Shown here: in pieces, positions 1 through 8,923 of the stretch
How positions within the stretch are numbered: the first letter of the stretch is position 1
Layout of the letters: each line of letters opens with the position of its first letter
NCBI GenBank assembly: GCA_963664305.2
Contig: CAXXLV010000002.1
Location: 160,001-224,000, forward strand
Source: an uncultured Aliarcobacter sp.
GTDB lineage: Bacteria; Campylobacterota; Campylobacteria; Campylobacterales; Arcobacteraceae
Length of the DNA stretch: 64,000 bases
Direction: 5' to 3'
Translations under genes and position numbers: made by a program
The notes under the pieces: generated by a model
Seen by the model: the letters and a program-made list of their open reading frames with translations, nothing else
Database searches by the model: none
What the model was told of the DNA's origin: nothing

Positions 1-1
1 G

Positions 2-196
2 GCTTGAAGTTCGTATCGCATCAGGAGCATTTGCAGTTCCCTCACCAAAAGAAACAGTTGCTTCCCAAGGAACTGGAACTAAAACTAAACTAGCTTCTTC
101 TGGGTCTAATCTTCCACCGATAAATCCATCACCTTCTTGTGGAGGTAATCCTAACTCTAATACTTTTATCTCTTCTTCTAAAGTTCTATATGACAT
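2..196 (-). CDS. Agmatinase/arginase (ureohydrolase) family protein, 5' part only; runs off the window start
   Basis: Not in ORF track. Manual translation from ATG at 196 with AGGA upstream: MSYRTLEEEIKVLELGLPPQEGDGFIGGRLDPEEASLVLVPVPWEATVSFGEGTANAPDAIRTSS. VPWEATVS.G.GT..AP.AIR is the typical agmatinase N-terminus. Confidence 0.8.
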   Translation of the reverse strand, partial: MSYRTLEEEIKVLELGLPPQEGDGFIGGRLDPEEASLVLVPVPWEATVSFGEGTANAPDAIRTSS

Positions 197-328
197 AAAT
201 TTTCCTAATACAATGTATGATATTTTTTAATTTTTAATTATAGGATAATTAAGGAAATAATAAAGTTAATTTTAATTATAAAAATAAAATTGTGATAATA
301 TTAAAAGATTAAAATAGAAAGTAGAAAT

Positions 329-1552
329 ATGAGTAAATGTAGTTGTAAAGAATGTGATTTAGAAGTTTTTGAAAATAGTGATAAATGTATTTTACATTGT
401 GAAAAAGATGATTGGAGAGCTAAAATTCCTGATAAAGAACTGGAAAAGATTTTTTCTGAAAAACCAATTCTTTCAGCAGAATATAAAATAAAATTAGAAC
501 TCTTTTGGAATATATTCAAGCAACAAATTACAGAAGATAAAGTACAAAATTTTAATAATATAATTTTTCCTACAAATGCTGAATTTGAAATAAAGGAGCT
601 TGAAAATAAGATTTTAAAATTTAATCATTGTAAATTTACTGATGTTTTTTATTTTAATTTTTTGAATAATGTTCAAAGAATCGAGTTTGATGACTGCCAC
701 TTTTATAAATTTGTAAAGTTTGAAAATATTATTTTTAAAGAAGATTTTCTGTTTCAAAATTCTACTATCTATAAAGATGCAGAACTTCTTTTTAAAGATA
801 TTAATTTTGATGGAGTAGTATCTTTTATAAAATCAACGGTTGAAACAGACTTCACATTTTCACAAGTTAGATTTAATGATATGGCTTTGTTTAATAATAC
901 AATAATTGGAAATTTATTTTTTCAAAATACTTTTTTTAGAAAAGAATCAAATTTTTTGGATATAAAACTTTCAAATGTTGGAAGTAGGGAAACAGCAAGA
1001 ATAATAAAAGATTCATTTGAAAAGGAAAATAATATTATTGAAGCAAATAAATTTTATGCTTTAGAGATGAAAGAAAGAGAAAAAGAGTTAAGTCCTAAAA
1101 AAGATTTTTTTGAATGGTTAGTTTTTAAAATTCATGGCTTATCTTCAAATCATTCTCAAGATTGGACTTTAGCTTTATTTTGGATTATTAATCTAACATT
1201 TTTTTATTCATATTTGAATACTCAACCAAATGATAAAATATTAGTATTTAAAATTATATTTTCATTTATAGCTATTTTAATTATAGCTTGTATGACAATA
1301 AAAATACCAGAAGAAAACAAAGAAAAACGCTGGCTTACAACTATTCCCACGACAATAGTATGTTATGTTTTTTATGGATACTTAGTTGAAACTGATTGGG
1401 AACTATCAGAATTTTCAAAAAACTTAAATCCTTTTTCAATTATGAGAGGTGATGAACCAATAACATTAGGAACTTTGATTTTCAAAATTATCATTGCATA
1501 TCTAATCTATCAATTGATTATTTCTATTCGTCAAAACACAAGAAGAAAATAG
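329..1552 (+). CDS. Pentapeptide-repeat-like membrane protein with Cys-rich N-terminus
   Basis: CxCxxC...CILHC N-terminus, Phe-periodic beta-helix-like repeats (FNHCKF, FDDCHF, FENIIF), several C-terminal hydrophobic helices. Confidence 0.65.
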   Translation: MSKCSCKECDLEVFENSDKCILHCEKDDWRAKIPDKELEKIFSEKPILSAEYKIKLELFWNIFKQQITEDKVQNFNNIIFPTNAEFEIKELENKILKFNHCKFTDVFYFNFLNNVQRIEFDDCHFYKFVKFENIIFKEDFLFQNSTIYKDAELLFKDINFDGVVSFIKSTVETDFTFSQVRFNDMALFNNTIIGNLFFQNTFFRKESNFLDIKLSNVGSRETARIIKDSFEKENNIIEANKFYALEMKEREKELSPKKDFFEWLVFKIHGLSSNHSQDWTLALFWIINLTFFYSYLNTQPNDKILVFKIIFSFIAILIIACMTIKIPEENKEKRWLTTIPTTIVCYVFYGYLVETDWELSEFSKNLNPFSIMRGDEPITLGTLIFKIIIAYLIYQLIISIRQNTRRK

Positions 1553-1639
1553 ATGATAATAAAATCTTTCAAAATGAGATATATTTTATTTGAAAAACTA
1601 TTTTATACTACAATAAAATAAATTTTAAAAGGAAAAAAG

Positions 1640-1963
1640 ATGTTTGGAGTAATATTTGAAGTTGAGATAAAAGAAGATAAAAAAAATGAATATTTAAATA
1701 TAGCAGCTATTTTAAAAGAACAGTTAGTAAAAGAAGAGGGATTTATATCTATTGAAAGGTTTCAATCATTGGTAAATGAAAATAAACTTTTATCTTTATC
1801 TTTTTGGGAAGATGAGAAATCTATTTTAAATTGGAAGAAAAATCTTGACCATTTTGCTGCACAAAAAAAAGGTAGAGAGTCGATATTTGAAGATTATAGA
1901 ATACGAGTTGTTGAAGTAAAAAGAGATTATACTTTAGAATCTAGTGATTTTAAGTCAAATTAG
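1640..1963 (+). CDS. Antibiotic biosynthesis monooxygenase (ABM/HmoA-like) family protein
   Basis: GFISIERFQS...LLSLSFWEDE...H..AQ..GR pattern; AAGGA SD. Confidence 0.85.
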   Translation: MFGVIFEVEIKEDKKNEYLNIAAILKEQLVKEEGFISIERFQSLVNENKLLSLSFWEDEKSILNWKKNLDHFAAQKKGRESIFEDYRIRVVEVKRDYTLESSDFKSN

Positions 1964-1969
1964 AAGAAA

Positions 1970-3055
1970 ATGGCAGAACTTTTAAAAAATTTATATTCAA
2001 AAGAGTTTATTGATAAATTAGCAAATAAACTATTTTTAACTTATCCAGATTTTAAAAAAGAAGATTTTATAAACTCTATTTTTGATAATACTTGGCAAGA
2101 TTTAGAACTAAAAGCTAGGATGAGACATATAGCTTTTACTTTAAATAAATTTTTATCTTTTTCATATAAAGAACAACTTGAAATTCTAAAAAAAGTAAAA
2201 GAAGATTTTGGTGGACTTGAAGCTATGATTTTTCAAGATTTTGTTGAGGTTTTTGGTCTTGATGATTTAACAGAGTCCTTAAAAGCTTTAGAAATTTTCA
2301 CTATAAATTCAAGTAGTGAGTTTGCAATTAGACAGTTTATTTTGAAATATGAAAATGAAACTATGGAGCAAATGAAGATTTGGACAAAATCACAAAATGA
2401 ACATATAAGAAGATTAGCAACTGAAGGATGTCGTCCAAGACTTCCTTGGGCAGTTGCTTTACCAAAATTTAAACAAAATCCTACAAAAGTTTTGGAAATA
2501 ATAGAACTTCTAAAAAATGATTCTTCTAAATATGTTCAAAAATCTGTTGCAAATAATCTAAATGATATTTCAAAAGATAATCCAGATTTAGTTATAAAAT
2601 TTGTGGAAGAAAATCTAGGAGTTTCAAAAGAACTTGATTGGATTTGTAAACATGGAAGTAGAACATTATTAAAAAAGGCAGATAAAAACATTTTAAAACT
2701 TTTTTCATTTGAGAAATCAAATCACATAAATATCATAGATTTTTGTTACGATAAAACTCTGAATTTAGGAGATGATTTTACTCTTTCTTTTGAAGTGAAA
2801 TCTGATGAAATATTAGGCAATATAAGAGTTGAATATGTTATTCATTATCTAAAATCAAATAATAGTCATTCAAAAAAAGTTTTTATGGTAAGTCAAAATG
2901 AGATAAAATCAACTTCTAAAAGATTTATCAAAAAACATAAGTTTAAAGATATGACAACTAGAAAACATTATGCGGGAAAACATTATATATCTTTGATGAT
3001 AAATGGTGAAGAATTTTTAAAAGAGGAGTTTTTCTTAAATGACACCAGCAATTAA
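1970..3055 (+). CDS. DNA alkylation repair protein (AlkC-like HEAT-repeat glycosylase)
   Basis: SSEFAIRQF, RRLATEGCRPRLPW, YVQKSVANNLNDISK motifs; C-terminal Ig-like domain with TTRKHY. Confidence 0.85.
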   Translation: MAELLKNLYSKEFIDKLANKLFLTYPDFKKEDFINSIFDNTWQDLELKARMRHIAFTLNKFLSFSYKEQLEILKKVKEDFGGLEAMIFQDFVEVFGLDDLTESLKALEIFTINSSSEFAIRQFILKYENETMEQMKIWTKSQNEHIRRLATEGCRPRLPWAVALPKFKQNPTKVLEIIELLKNDSSKYVQKSVANNLNDISKDNPDLVIKFVEENLGVSKELDWICKHGSRTLLKKADKNILKLFSFEKSNHINIIDFCYDKTLNLGDDFTLSFEVKSDEILGNIRVEYVIHYLKSNNSHSKKVFMVSQNEIKSTSKRFIKKHKFKDMTTRKHYAGKHYISLMINGEEFLKEEFFLNDTSN

Positions 3056-3506
3056 TTTGCTTAAAAAAAATAAGTGTGATTTTAAAATACACAAATATGA
3101 CCATGACCCAGAATGTACAAATTTTGGTGAAGAGGCTGCGGAAAAGTTAGGTTTAGATGAAAATCAAGTTTATAAAACTTTACTTGTTGAATTAGCACCA
3201 AAAGAATTGGTAGTTTGTGTATTACCTGTTGCAAATCAGTTGAGTTTGAAAGAGGTTGCAACTACTTTTGATGTTAAAAAAGCTGTTATGGCAAATAAAG
3301 ATGAAGCACAAAAAGTAACAGGTTATTTACTTGGAGGAATTTCTCCATTGGGGCAAAAAAAGCAATTAAGAACTGTACTTGATGAAAGTGTAAATAAGTT
3401 CAAAACTATTTTTATAAGTGGTGGTAAAAGAGGACTTGATATAGAGGTTATGCCAAAAGATTTACAAAATTTATTAAAAGCAAAAATAGCAAAAATTGCT
3501 TGTTAA
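3039..3506 (+). CDS. ybaK: Cys-tRNA(Pro) deacylase YbaK
   Basis: MTPA start, VYKTLL, TGYLLGGISPLGQKK, SGGKRGLDIE. Confidence 0.93.
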   Translation: MTPAINLLKKNKCDFKIHKYDHDPECTNFGEEAAEKLGLDENQVYKTLLVELAPKELVVCVLPVANQLSLKEVATTFDVKKAVMANKDEAQKVTGYLLGGISPLGQKKQLRTVLDESVNKFKTIFISGGKRGLDIEVMPKDLQNLLKAKIAKIAC

Positions 3507-3592
3507 TTATATTTAGATAATAATTATTTTTTAACAAAAATTTAAGATATAAAAGGTAGTATCATATATAAAATCATTTTAAGGACTTATAT

Positions 3593-6500
3593 ATGGCTAC
3601 ACCTGATATTAATGCAATTTGTTCACAAATCTTAACATCTGATGATTTAATGGTTGAAGAAGAACTTTTTCAACAAGTTCTAAAAGATAAGATAGTAACT
3701 AAACTTTTAGATAATAAAGGTTTAAAATATATTAAAATTTTTTCAAAAGAACAACTTTTTTTATCTTATATAACTCCCCTTTTACATAATATTGGTTTTG
3801 AAATAATTGATGAAGTAACATATAATGTTATGAATAAAAAAGAGATGATTTATATCTCAAGATTTAATCTACACAATCCAAATTTAGAAAAAATAAATGT
3901 TGCAAAAAATAATATTGAAGATATTATTACTTATACTTTAAAAGATTGCACAGTAAAACACTCAAAAGCTTTTTCTTTAGTATATGAAGAGAATTTAAAT
4001 TTTAAAAAAATAAATATCTTAAGAGCTTTTATCGAATATATTGGGCAAGCTGTATTAACTATCAATACAGGAGCGATTTTAAATACCCTAACAGTTCATC
4101 ATGAAATTACTGCACTTTTTGTTGATTATTTTTTAACTAAATTTGACCCAAAAATAAAAGATAGGGAAAGTTTACTTGAAAAAATTGAAGAAAAAATAAA
4201 AGAAAAAATAAAACTTGTACCTCAGATTTTAGATGACAGAATTTTAAATATTATGATGACATTCTTAAAATCATTGTTAAGAACAAATTATTTTTTAAAT
4301 AAAGAGACTTTATCTTTTAAAATTGATACTAAAAACTTTTCAAAAGATTTAAAAGGTTTACAACCAAATATTGAAAATTTCATCTATCATAGTGATTTTT
4401 ATGGAGTTCACTTGCGAATGACAAAAGTTTCAAGAGGAGGTCTTAGATGGTCTGATAGACATGATGACTATAGACAAGAGATAAAATCATTGATGATTAC
4501 ACAAGAAGGTAAAAACTCTATAATTATTCCTGATGGAGCAAAAGGTGGTTTTGTAATAAACAAAGATTCTAGTGAAGTTTCAAAAGAATATTTTAAAGAA
4601 ATTTATTCATTATTTATAAATGCAAATCTTGACTTAGTAGATAATATGATAGATGGAAAAGTTGTAAAAAATCCTGAAATGGTTTGTTATGATGAAGATG
4701 ACGCATACTTTGTTGTTGCTGCTGATAAAGGAACTGCTGCTATGAGTGATGTGGCAAATGAAATAGCAAAACAAAGAAATTTTTGGTTAGGTGATGCCTT
4801 TGCTAGTGGTGGAAGTAATGGTTTTGGACATAAAGATTTAGGAATCACTGCACGAGGTGCTATGGTTTCAACTCAAAGATTTTTCATAGAAGAGGGAATA
4901 AATATTCACGAGGATGAAATTACTGTTGTTGGTATTGGTTCTATGAGTGGTGATGTTTTTGGAAATGGTATGATGGTATCTGAAAAGTTTAAACTTCTTG
5001 GTGCTATTTCTCAAAAAGAGATTTTTATTGACCCAAATCCAAACGTTGAAGTTGCATATAAAGAGAGAAAAAGGCTTTTTGAATCAAGAGATGGTGGTTG
5101 GGCAAATTATGATTTATCACTTATTTCAAAAGGTGGTGGTGTTTTTAAAAGAAGTGATAAACAAATAGAGTTAAGTAATGAAATTCAAAAATTGATTAAG
5201 ACTTCAAAAAGAACAATCTCTGGAGAAGAGTTATGTAGAAAACTTTTAACATTAGATGTGGATTTACTTTTTAATGGAGGAGTTGGAACTTACGTAAAAG
5301 CAAGTGATGAAAACAATCTTGATTTAGGTGACAAACAAAATGAAGCCGTAAGAGTAGATGCAAGTGATTTAAAAGCAAGAATTGTATGTGAAGGTGGAAA
5401 TTTAGGCTTTACACAAAAAGCAAGAATTGAATATGCTTTAAATGGTGGAAGAATTAATCAAGATGCGATTGATAATGCAGGTGGAGTTAATACATCTGAC
5501 CATGAAGTAAATTTAAAAATTTTATTAAATATCATAAAAAATCAAGGGATATTAAATGAAAAACAGGCAAATGAAACTCTACATTCTTTAACAGAACAAG
5601 TAGTTCAACTTGTTCTAAAAAGTAATTATGACCAAGCTTGTGTAATCTCAATAGATGAACAATTTTCAAGAAAATATCCAAATGATTACATAAAATCTAT
5701 AGAGGTTTTAGAAAATAATGTAGAAGCCTTTAATAGAAGAGATTTTTATATACCTAAAAATGAAAATCTAAGTGATATTATAGATATAAATGGTTCAATT
5801 GTAAGACCTGTTTTAGGCTCTCTTTTATCATATAGTAAAATCTTTATCAAAAAAATCATACTTGATTCATCATTGGTTGATGAACAGTTTTCTTTACAAT
5901 ATCTATTTAGATATTTCCCTCAATCATTTGTAGGAGCTTATGAACAACAAATTGTAAATCATCCTCTAAAAAGAGAGATTATTGCTACGATGATGGCAGA
6001 TATTGTTATAAATCATCAAGGAATAACTTTCCTTTCAGATTTTGCAAAACTTGGAAATGAGAAATTTTTATTAAAAATAAAATCATATTTAGTTGCAAAA
6101 CTTTTATTTGGTTCAAGAGAAATTAGAGAAAAAATTTATGCTCAAGATTCAAAAATGAGTGTAGAACAACAATACAAACTAATAAATAAATTAGAATATA
6201 TTTTATATGCAAGTACAAAATGGATGGTGAAATATCTTCAAAAAAATCAATTAGATTCAGTTCATATTTTAGACCATAAAGCCGAACTTTTTGCATTACT
6301 TTCTGAAGTTCACAAACAAAAAGTAGAGATATTAATCGAAAATGATGATGAATTTAATAAATTCTATAGTGTAATTGATTATTTAAGATTTGCAATTGCT
6401 GCAATTATTATAAAAGAAAACACTCCTCACTCATTTAAAGATGTGATAGTTTTATTTTATTCATTAATCCATGAATTTAATATATTAGAAATAATTGTTG

Positions 6501-6778
6501 AGTTAAATAGAGTAACAATAATAAATTCAACAGATATGGCTTTAAGAAATCAGATTTTACAATTTATTGAATATATTGTAGTACACTATACAAAGAAGAT
6601 TTTAGAGTTTCAAAGGGTAAATGAAGCCCCAGATTTAGCTTTTTCAAACTATATTGCAAATGAAAAAGATAAGTTTTATAAAATAAGAGACCATTTAGAT
6701 GTGTTTATGGTAAAAGATAATAAAGATATTAAAGATATAGCTATTACTGTAAATCAATTAATGGTTTCATTAATATAA
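3593..6778 (+). CDS. NAD-specific glutamate dehydrogenase, large (Bac_GDH) family
   Basis: RGGLRWSDR, GAKGGF, VVAADKGTA, GDAFASGGS, EGGNLG, DAIDNAGGV..SDHEVNLKI. Confidence 0.92.
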   Translation: MATPDINAICSQILTSDDLMVEEELFQQVLKDKIVTKLLDNKGLKYIKIFSKEQLFLSYITPLLHNIGFEIIDEVTYNVMNKKEMIYISRFNLHNPNLEKINVAKNNIEDIITYTLKDCTVKHSKAFSLVYEENLNFKKINILRAFIEYIGQAVLTINTGAILNTLTVHHEITALFVDYFLTKFDPKIKDRESLLEKIEEKIKEKIKLVPQILDDRILNIMMTFLKSLLRTNYFLNKETLSFKIDTKNFSKDLKGLQPNIENFIYHSDFYGVHLRMTKVSRGGLRWSDRHDDYRQEIKSLMITQEGKNSIIIPDGAKGGFVINKDSSEVSKEYFKEIYSLFINANLDLVDNMIDGKVVKNPEMVCYDEDDAYFVVAADKGTAAMSDVANEIAKQRNFWLGDAFASGGSNGFGHKDLGITARGAMVSTQRFFIEEGINIHEDEITVVGIGSMSGDVFGNGMMVSEKFKLLGAISQKEIFIDPNPNVEVAYKERKRLFESRDGGWANYDLSLISKGGGVFKRSDKQIELSNEIQKLIKTSKRTISGEELCRKLLTLDVDLLFNGGVGTYVKASDENNLDLGDKQNEAVRVDASDLKARIVCEGGNLGFTQKARIEYALNGGRINQDAIDNAGGVNTSDHEVNLKILLNIIKNQGILNEKQANETLHSLTEQVVQLVLKSNYDQACVISIDEQFSRKYPNDYIKSIEVLENNVEAFNRRDFYIPKNENLSDIIDINGSIVRPVLGSLLSYSKIFIKKIILDSSLVDEQFSLQYLFRYFPQSFVGAYEQQIVNHPLKREIIATMMADIVINHQGITFLSDFAKLGNEKFLLKIKSYLVAKLLFGSREIREKIYAQDSKMSVEQQYKLINKLEYILYASTKWMVKYLQKNQLDSVHILDHKAELFALLSEVHKQKVEILIENDDEFNKFYSVIDYLRFAIAAIIIKENTPHSFKDVIVLFYSLIHEFNILEIIVELNRVTIINSTDMALRNQILQFIEYIVVHYTKKILEFQRVNEAPDLAFSNYIANEKDKFYKIRDHLDVFMVKDNKDIKDIAITVNQLMVSLI

Positions 6779-6847
6779 TTATATCTTATAATTAGTATAT
6801 AAAGATTTTATTAGATATACTTATGAAAATATTATAAAGGAGTTATT

Positions 6848-7054
6848 ATGAGTAAATTAAATAATGGTGAACCAAGTTTAGATAAAATTGATGATTATAA
6901 TGGAAATGAATCAAAACAAAAAAGAAATACAGTAAGAGTTGTGATTATTTTTTGTTTAGTTGTTGGGGCTTTAGTTGCTTATTTTAAAGCTACTTCTGTA
7001 CCAGATGATTACATAGGTTCAAAAGAACAACCAGGAATTTCAACTACAAAATAA
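6848..7054 (+). CDS. Small single-pass membrane protein, unknown function
   Basis: 68 aa, strong AAGGAG SD, one hydrophobic helix. Confidence 0.7.
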   Translation: MSKLNNGEPSLDKIDDYNGNESKQKRNTVRVVIIFCLVVGALVAYFKATSVPDDYIGSKEQPGISTTK

Positions 7055-7114
7055 TTTTTAAGTTAGGTTGCTATATACTGCTGAAATTTTTATATAAATC
7101 ATAGAGGAAAAATA

Positions 7115-7597
7115 ATGAAAAAAAGATATTTAGCTATTTCATTAGTAGCTGGTTTTATTACTTTACTAAATGCAAATGACTTTGATACAAAAGTTTCAGT
7201 AGGTGCAACTTCTGCAAAACTTGATGGAGAAACTTATACTCAATATGGTTTAGGATATACAGCAAATACAACTTTAAATAATGGAATTATTTTAGGTTTT
7301 GGTAATAGTGCTTATTATGGAAATGTAACAAGTGGAAAAGAAGTTACAACACTTGATTTAGATTTAAGAGCTGGATATGAAATTTATCGTGATTTAACAG
7401 CTTTTGCAATTGGAACAGGTGTTTATCAATATTATGATGATAGTTCTGCAACAGGTGTTGGTTATGGTGGTTCTTTAGAATATAAAATCACTCAAAATGT
7501 ATATGTTGAGGGAACTTATAAAACAACAAATATGAGATATTCAACAAATGACTATGATTATAGTTCATCAAATGTTGCTGTAAAGTTCAACTATTAA
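7115..7597 (+). CDS. Small outer-membrane beta-barrel protein
   Basis: Signal peptide, Gly/Tyr-rich amphipathic strands, C-terminal aromatic (VKFNY). Confidence 0.75.
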   Translation: MKKRYLAISLVAGFITLLNANDFDTKVSVGATSAKLDGETYTQYGLGYTANTTLNNGIILGFGNSAYYGNVTSGKEVTTLDLDLRAGYEIYRDLTAFAIGTGVYQYYDDSSATGVGYGGSLEYKITQNVYVEGTYKTTNMRYSTNDYDYSSSNVAVKFNY

Positions 7598-7613
7598 TAG
7601 TTGAACTTTTTTT
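7582..7613 (+). terminator. Intrinsic terminator after the beta-barrel gene
   Basis: Perfect palindrome aaagttcaactattaatagttgaacttt followed by a T run. Confidence 0.7.
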
Positions 7614-7616
7614 AAG

Positions 7617-8918
7617 ATGTTAATTTCTCTAAATCAATACCATCAAAATACTAAACACTCTTATCTCTCAGTTAGAAATAATTCAAATCAAGTTGATTGG
7701 AACAATCCTCCAAATAGATTCAAAAACTATCCAGATAGTTATAAACGAATTCATTTAGATTCTAAAAATACAAACAATAATTTTTTATATTTAATCGCAG
7801 GAATAACAGCAAAAAAAACATATCCTGGAATAGAATATTATTTAAGAGTAAATCCAAGTGCTGGAGCACTTTATCCAAATGAACTATATTTTCAAGTAAG
7901 AAATGTAGAAGGATTTGAAAATGGAATTTATCATTTTGAAGTTTCAAGTTCAAGTGTTGTTTTATTAAAAAAATTAGAGTCTGATGAAGGAATAGAAAAT
8001 ATTTTAGGTTTAGATTTTAGTATAGATGGTTTTGTCTTTTTAATCTCATCTTTATATTTTCGTTCATCTTGGAAGTATAAAAAAAGAGCTTTTAGATATT
8101 GTTTATTAGATGCTGGACATCTAATAGGAAGTATTGAGGCAAGTTCATATCTATTTGATAAAGAGTTTGAAATTTTATATGATTTTTCAAAACAAAAATT
8201 AAATGAATTCTTTTGTTTTGATGAAAAAGAATTTTTTACATCAGTTTGTTTAGTTGGAACAAAAAAAGATGATAAAAAAAATGTTTTTTCTTTAACTCTT
8301 CCCACTCTTGATGGAAGTTCATATGAGGAAGGAAAACTCTCTTTTTTTGTAAAAAATGAATTAATCGAAAAAGTTTATGAAGAGACACTTGAAATAAAAG
8401 ATAAAAAAATTGAAACAAAAAAAACAAATTTTAATTTTCAAAAACAAAGATTTCAAGATGTGATTTTTAAAAGAAGGTCTATTCGAGAGTTTACAAAACA
8501 AAGTATTTCAAAACTACAATTTGAAGCAATACTAAATGTATTAAATCAACCAATAACTAGTGATTGCGATGAAGAGGTTGATATCTTTTATACGATAAAT
8601 AGAGTTGAAGGTTTAGAAATAGGACTTTATAAAAATGGAAAATTTTTAAAAAATGGAGATTTTTCATCAAAAGCTGGATATTTATGTTTAGAGCAAGATT
8701 TAGGGAAATCAAGTGCTGTTACATTTTTTTTAGCAACAAAAAGTAAAAACTATCAAGAAGCTTATCAAAAGGCTGGAATTATTGGACATAGATTATATCT
8801 TGCTTCAAACTATTTAGATATTGGTTGTAGTGGAATAGGGGCTTATTATGATGATGAAGTTTGTGAATTTTTAGAAGAGCAAACTATGATTTTATATGCT
8901 TTGGCTATTGGAAACTAA
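7617..8918 (+). CDS. SagB/ThcOx-family tandem nitroreductase-domain oxidoreductase
   Basis: RVNPSAGALYP, RYCLLDAGH, RRSIREF, GCSGIGAYYDD. Confidence 0.85.
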   Translation: MLISLNQYHQNTKHSYLSVRNNSNQVDWNNPPNRFKNYPDSYKRIHLDSKNTNNNFLYLIAGITAKKTYPGIEYYLRVNPSAGALYPNELYFQVRNVEGFENGIYHFEVSSSSVVLLKKLESDEGIENILGLDFSIDGFVFLISSLYFRSSWKYKKRAFRYCLLDAGHLIGSIEASSYLFDKEFEILYDFSKQKLNEFFCFDEKEFFTSVCLVGTKKDDKKNVFSLTLPTLDGSSYEEGKLSFFVKNELIEKVYEETLEIKDKKIETKKTNFNFQKQRFQDVIFKRRSIREFTKQSISKLQFEAILNVLNQPITSDCDEEVDIFYTINRVEGLEIGLYKNGKFLKNGDFSSKAGYLCLEQDLGKSSAVTFFLATKSKNYQEAYQKAGIIGHRLYLASNYLDIGCSGIGAYYDDEVCEFLEEQTMILYALAIGN

Positions 8919-8923
8919 GTCTC

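Noticed and set aside
6848..8918. Possible RiPP (azole) cluster: small ORF plus SagB-type dehydrogenase
   Set aside because: No YcaO, peptidase or exporter nearby; the 68-aa ORF looks like a membrane protein; a terminator separates the upstream genes from the SagB-like gene
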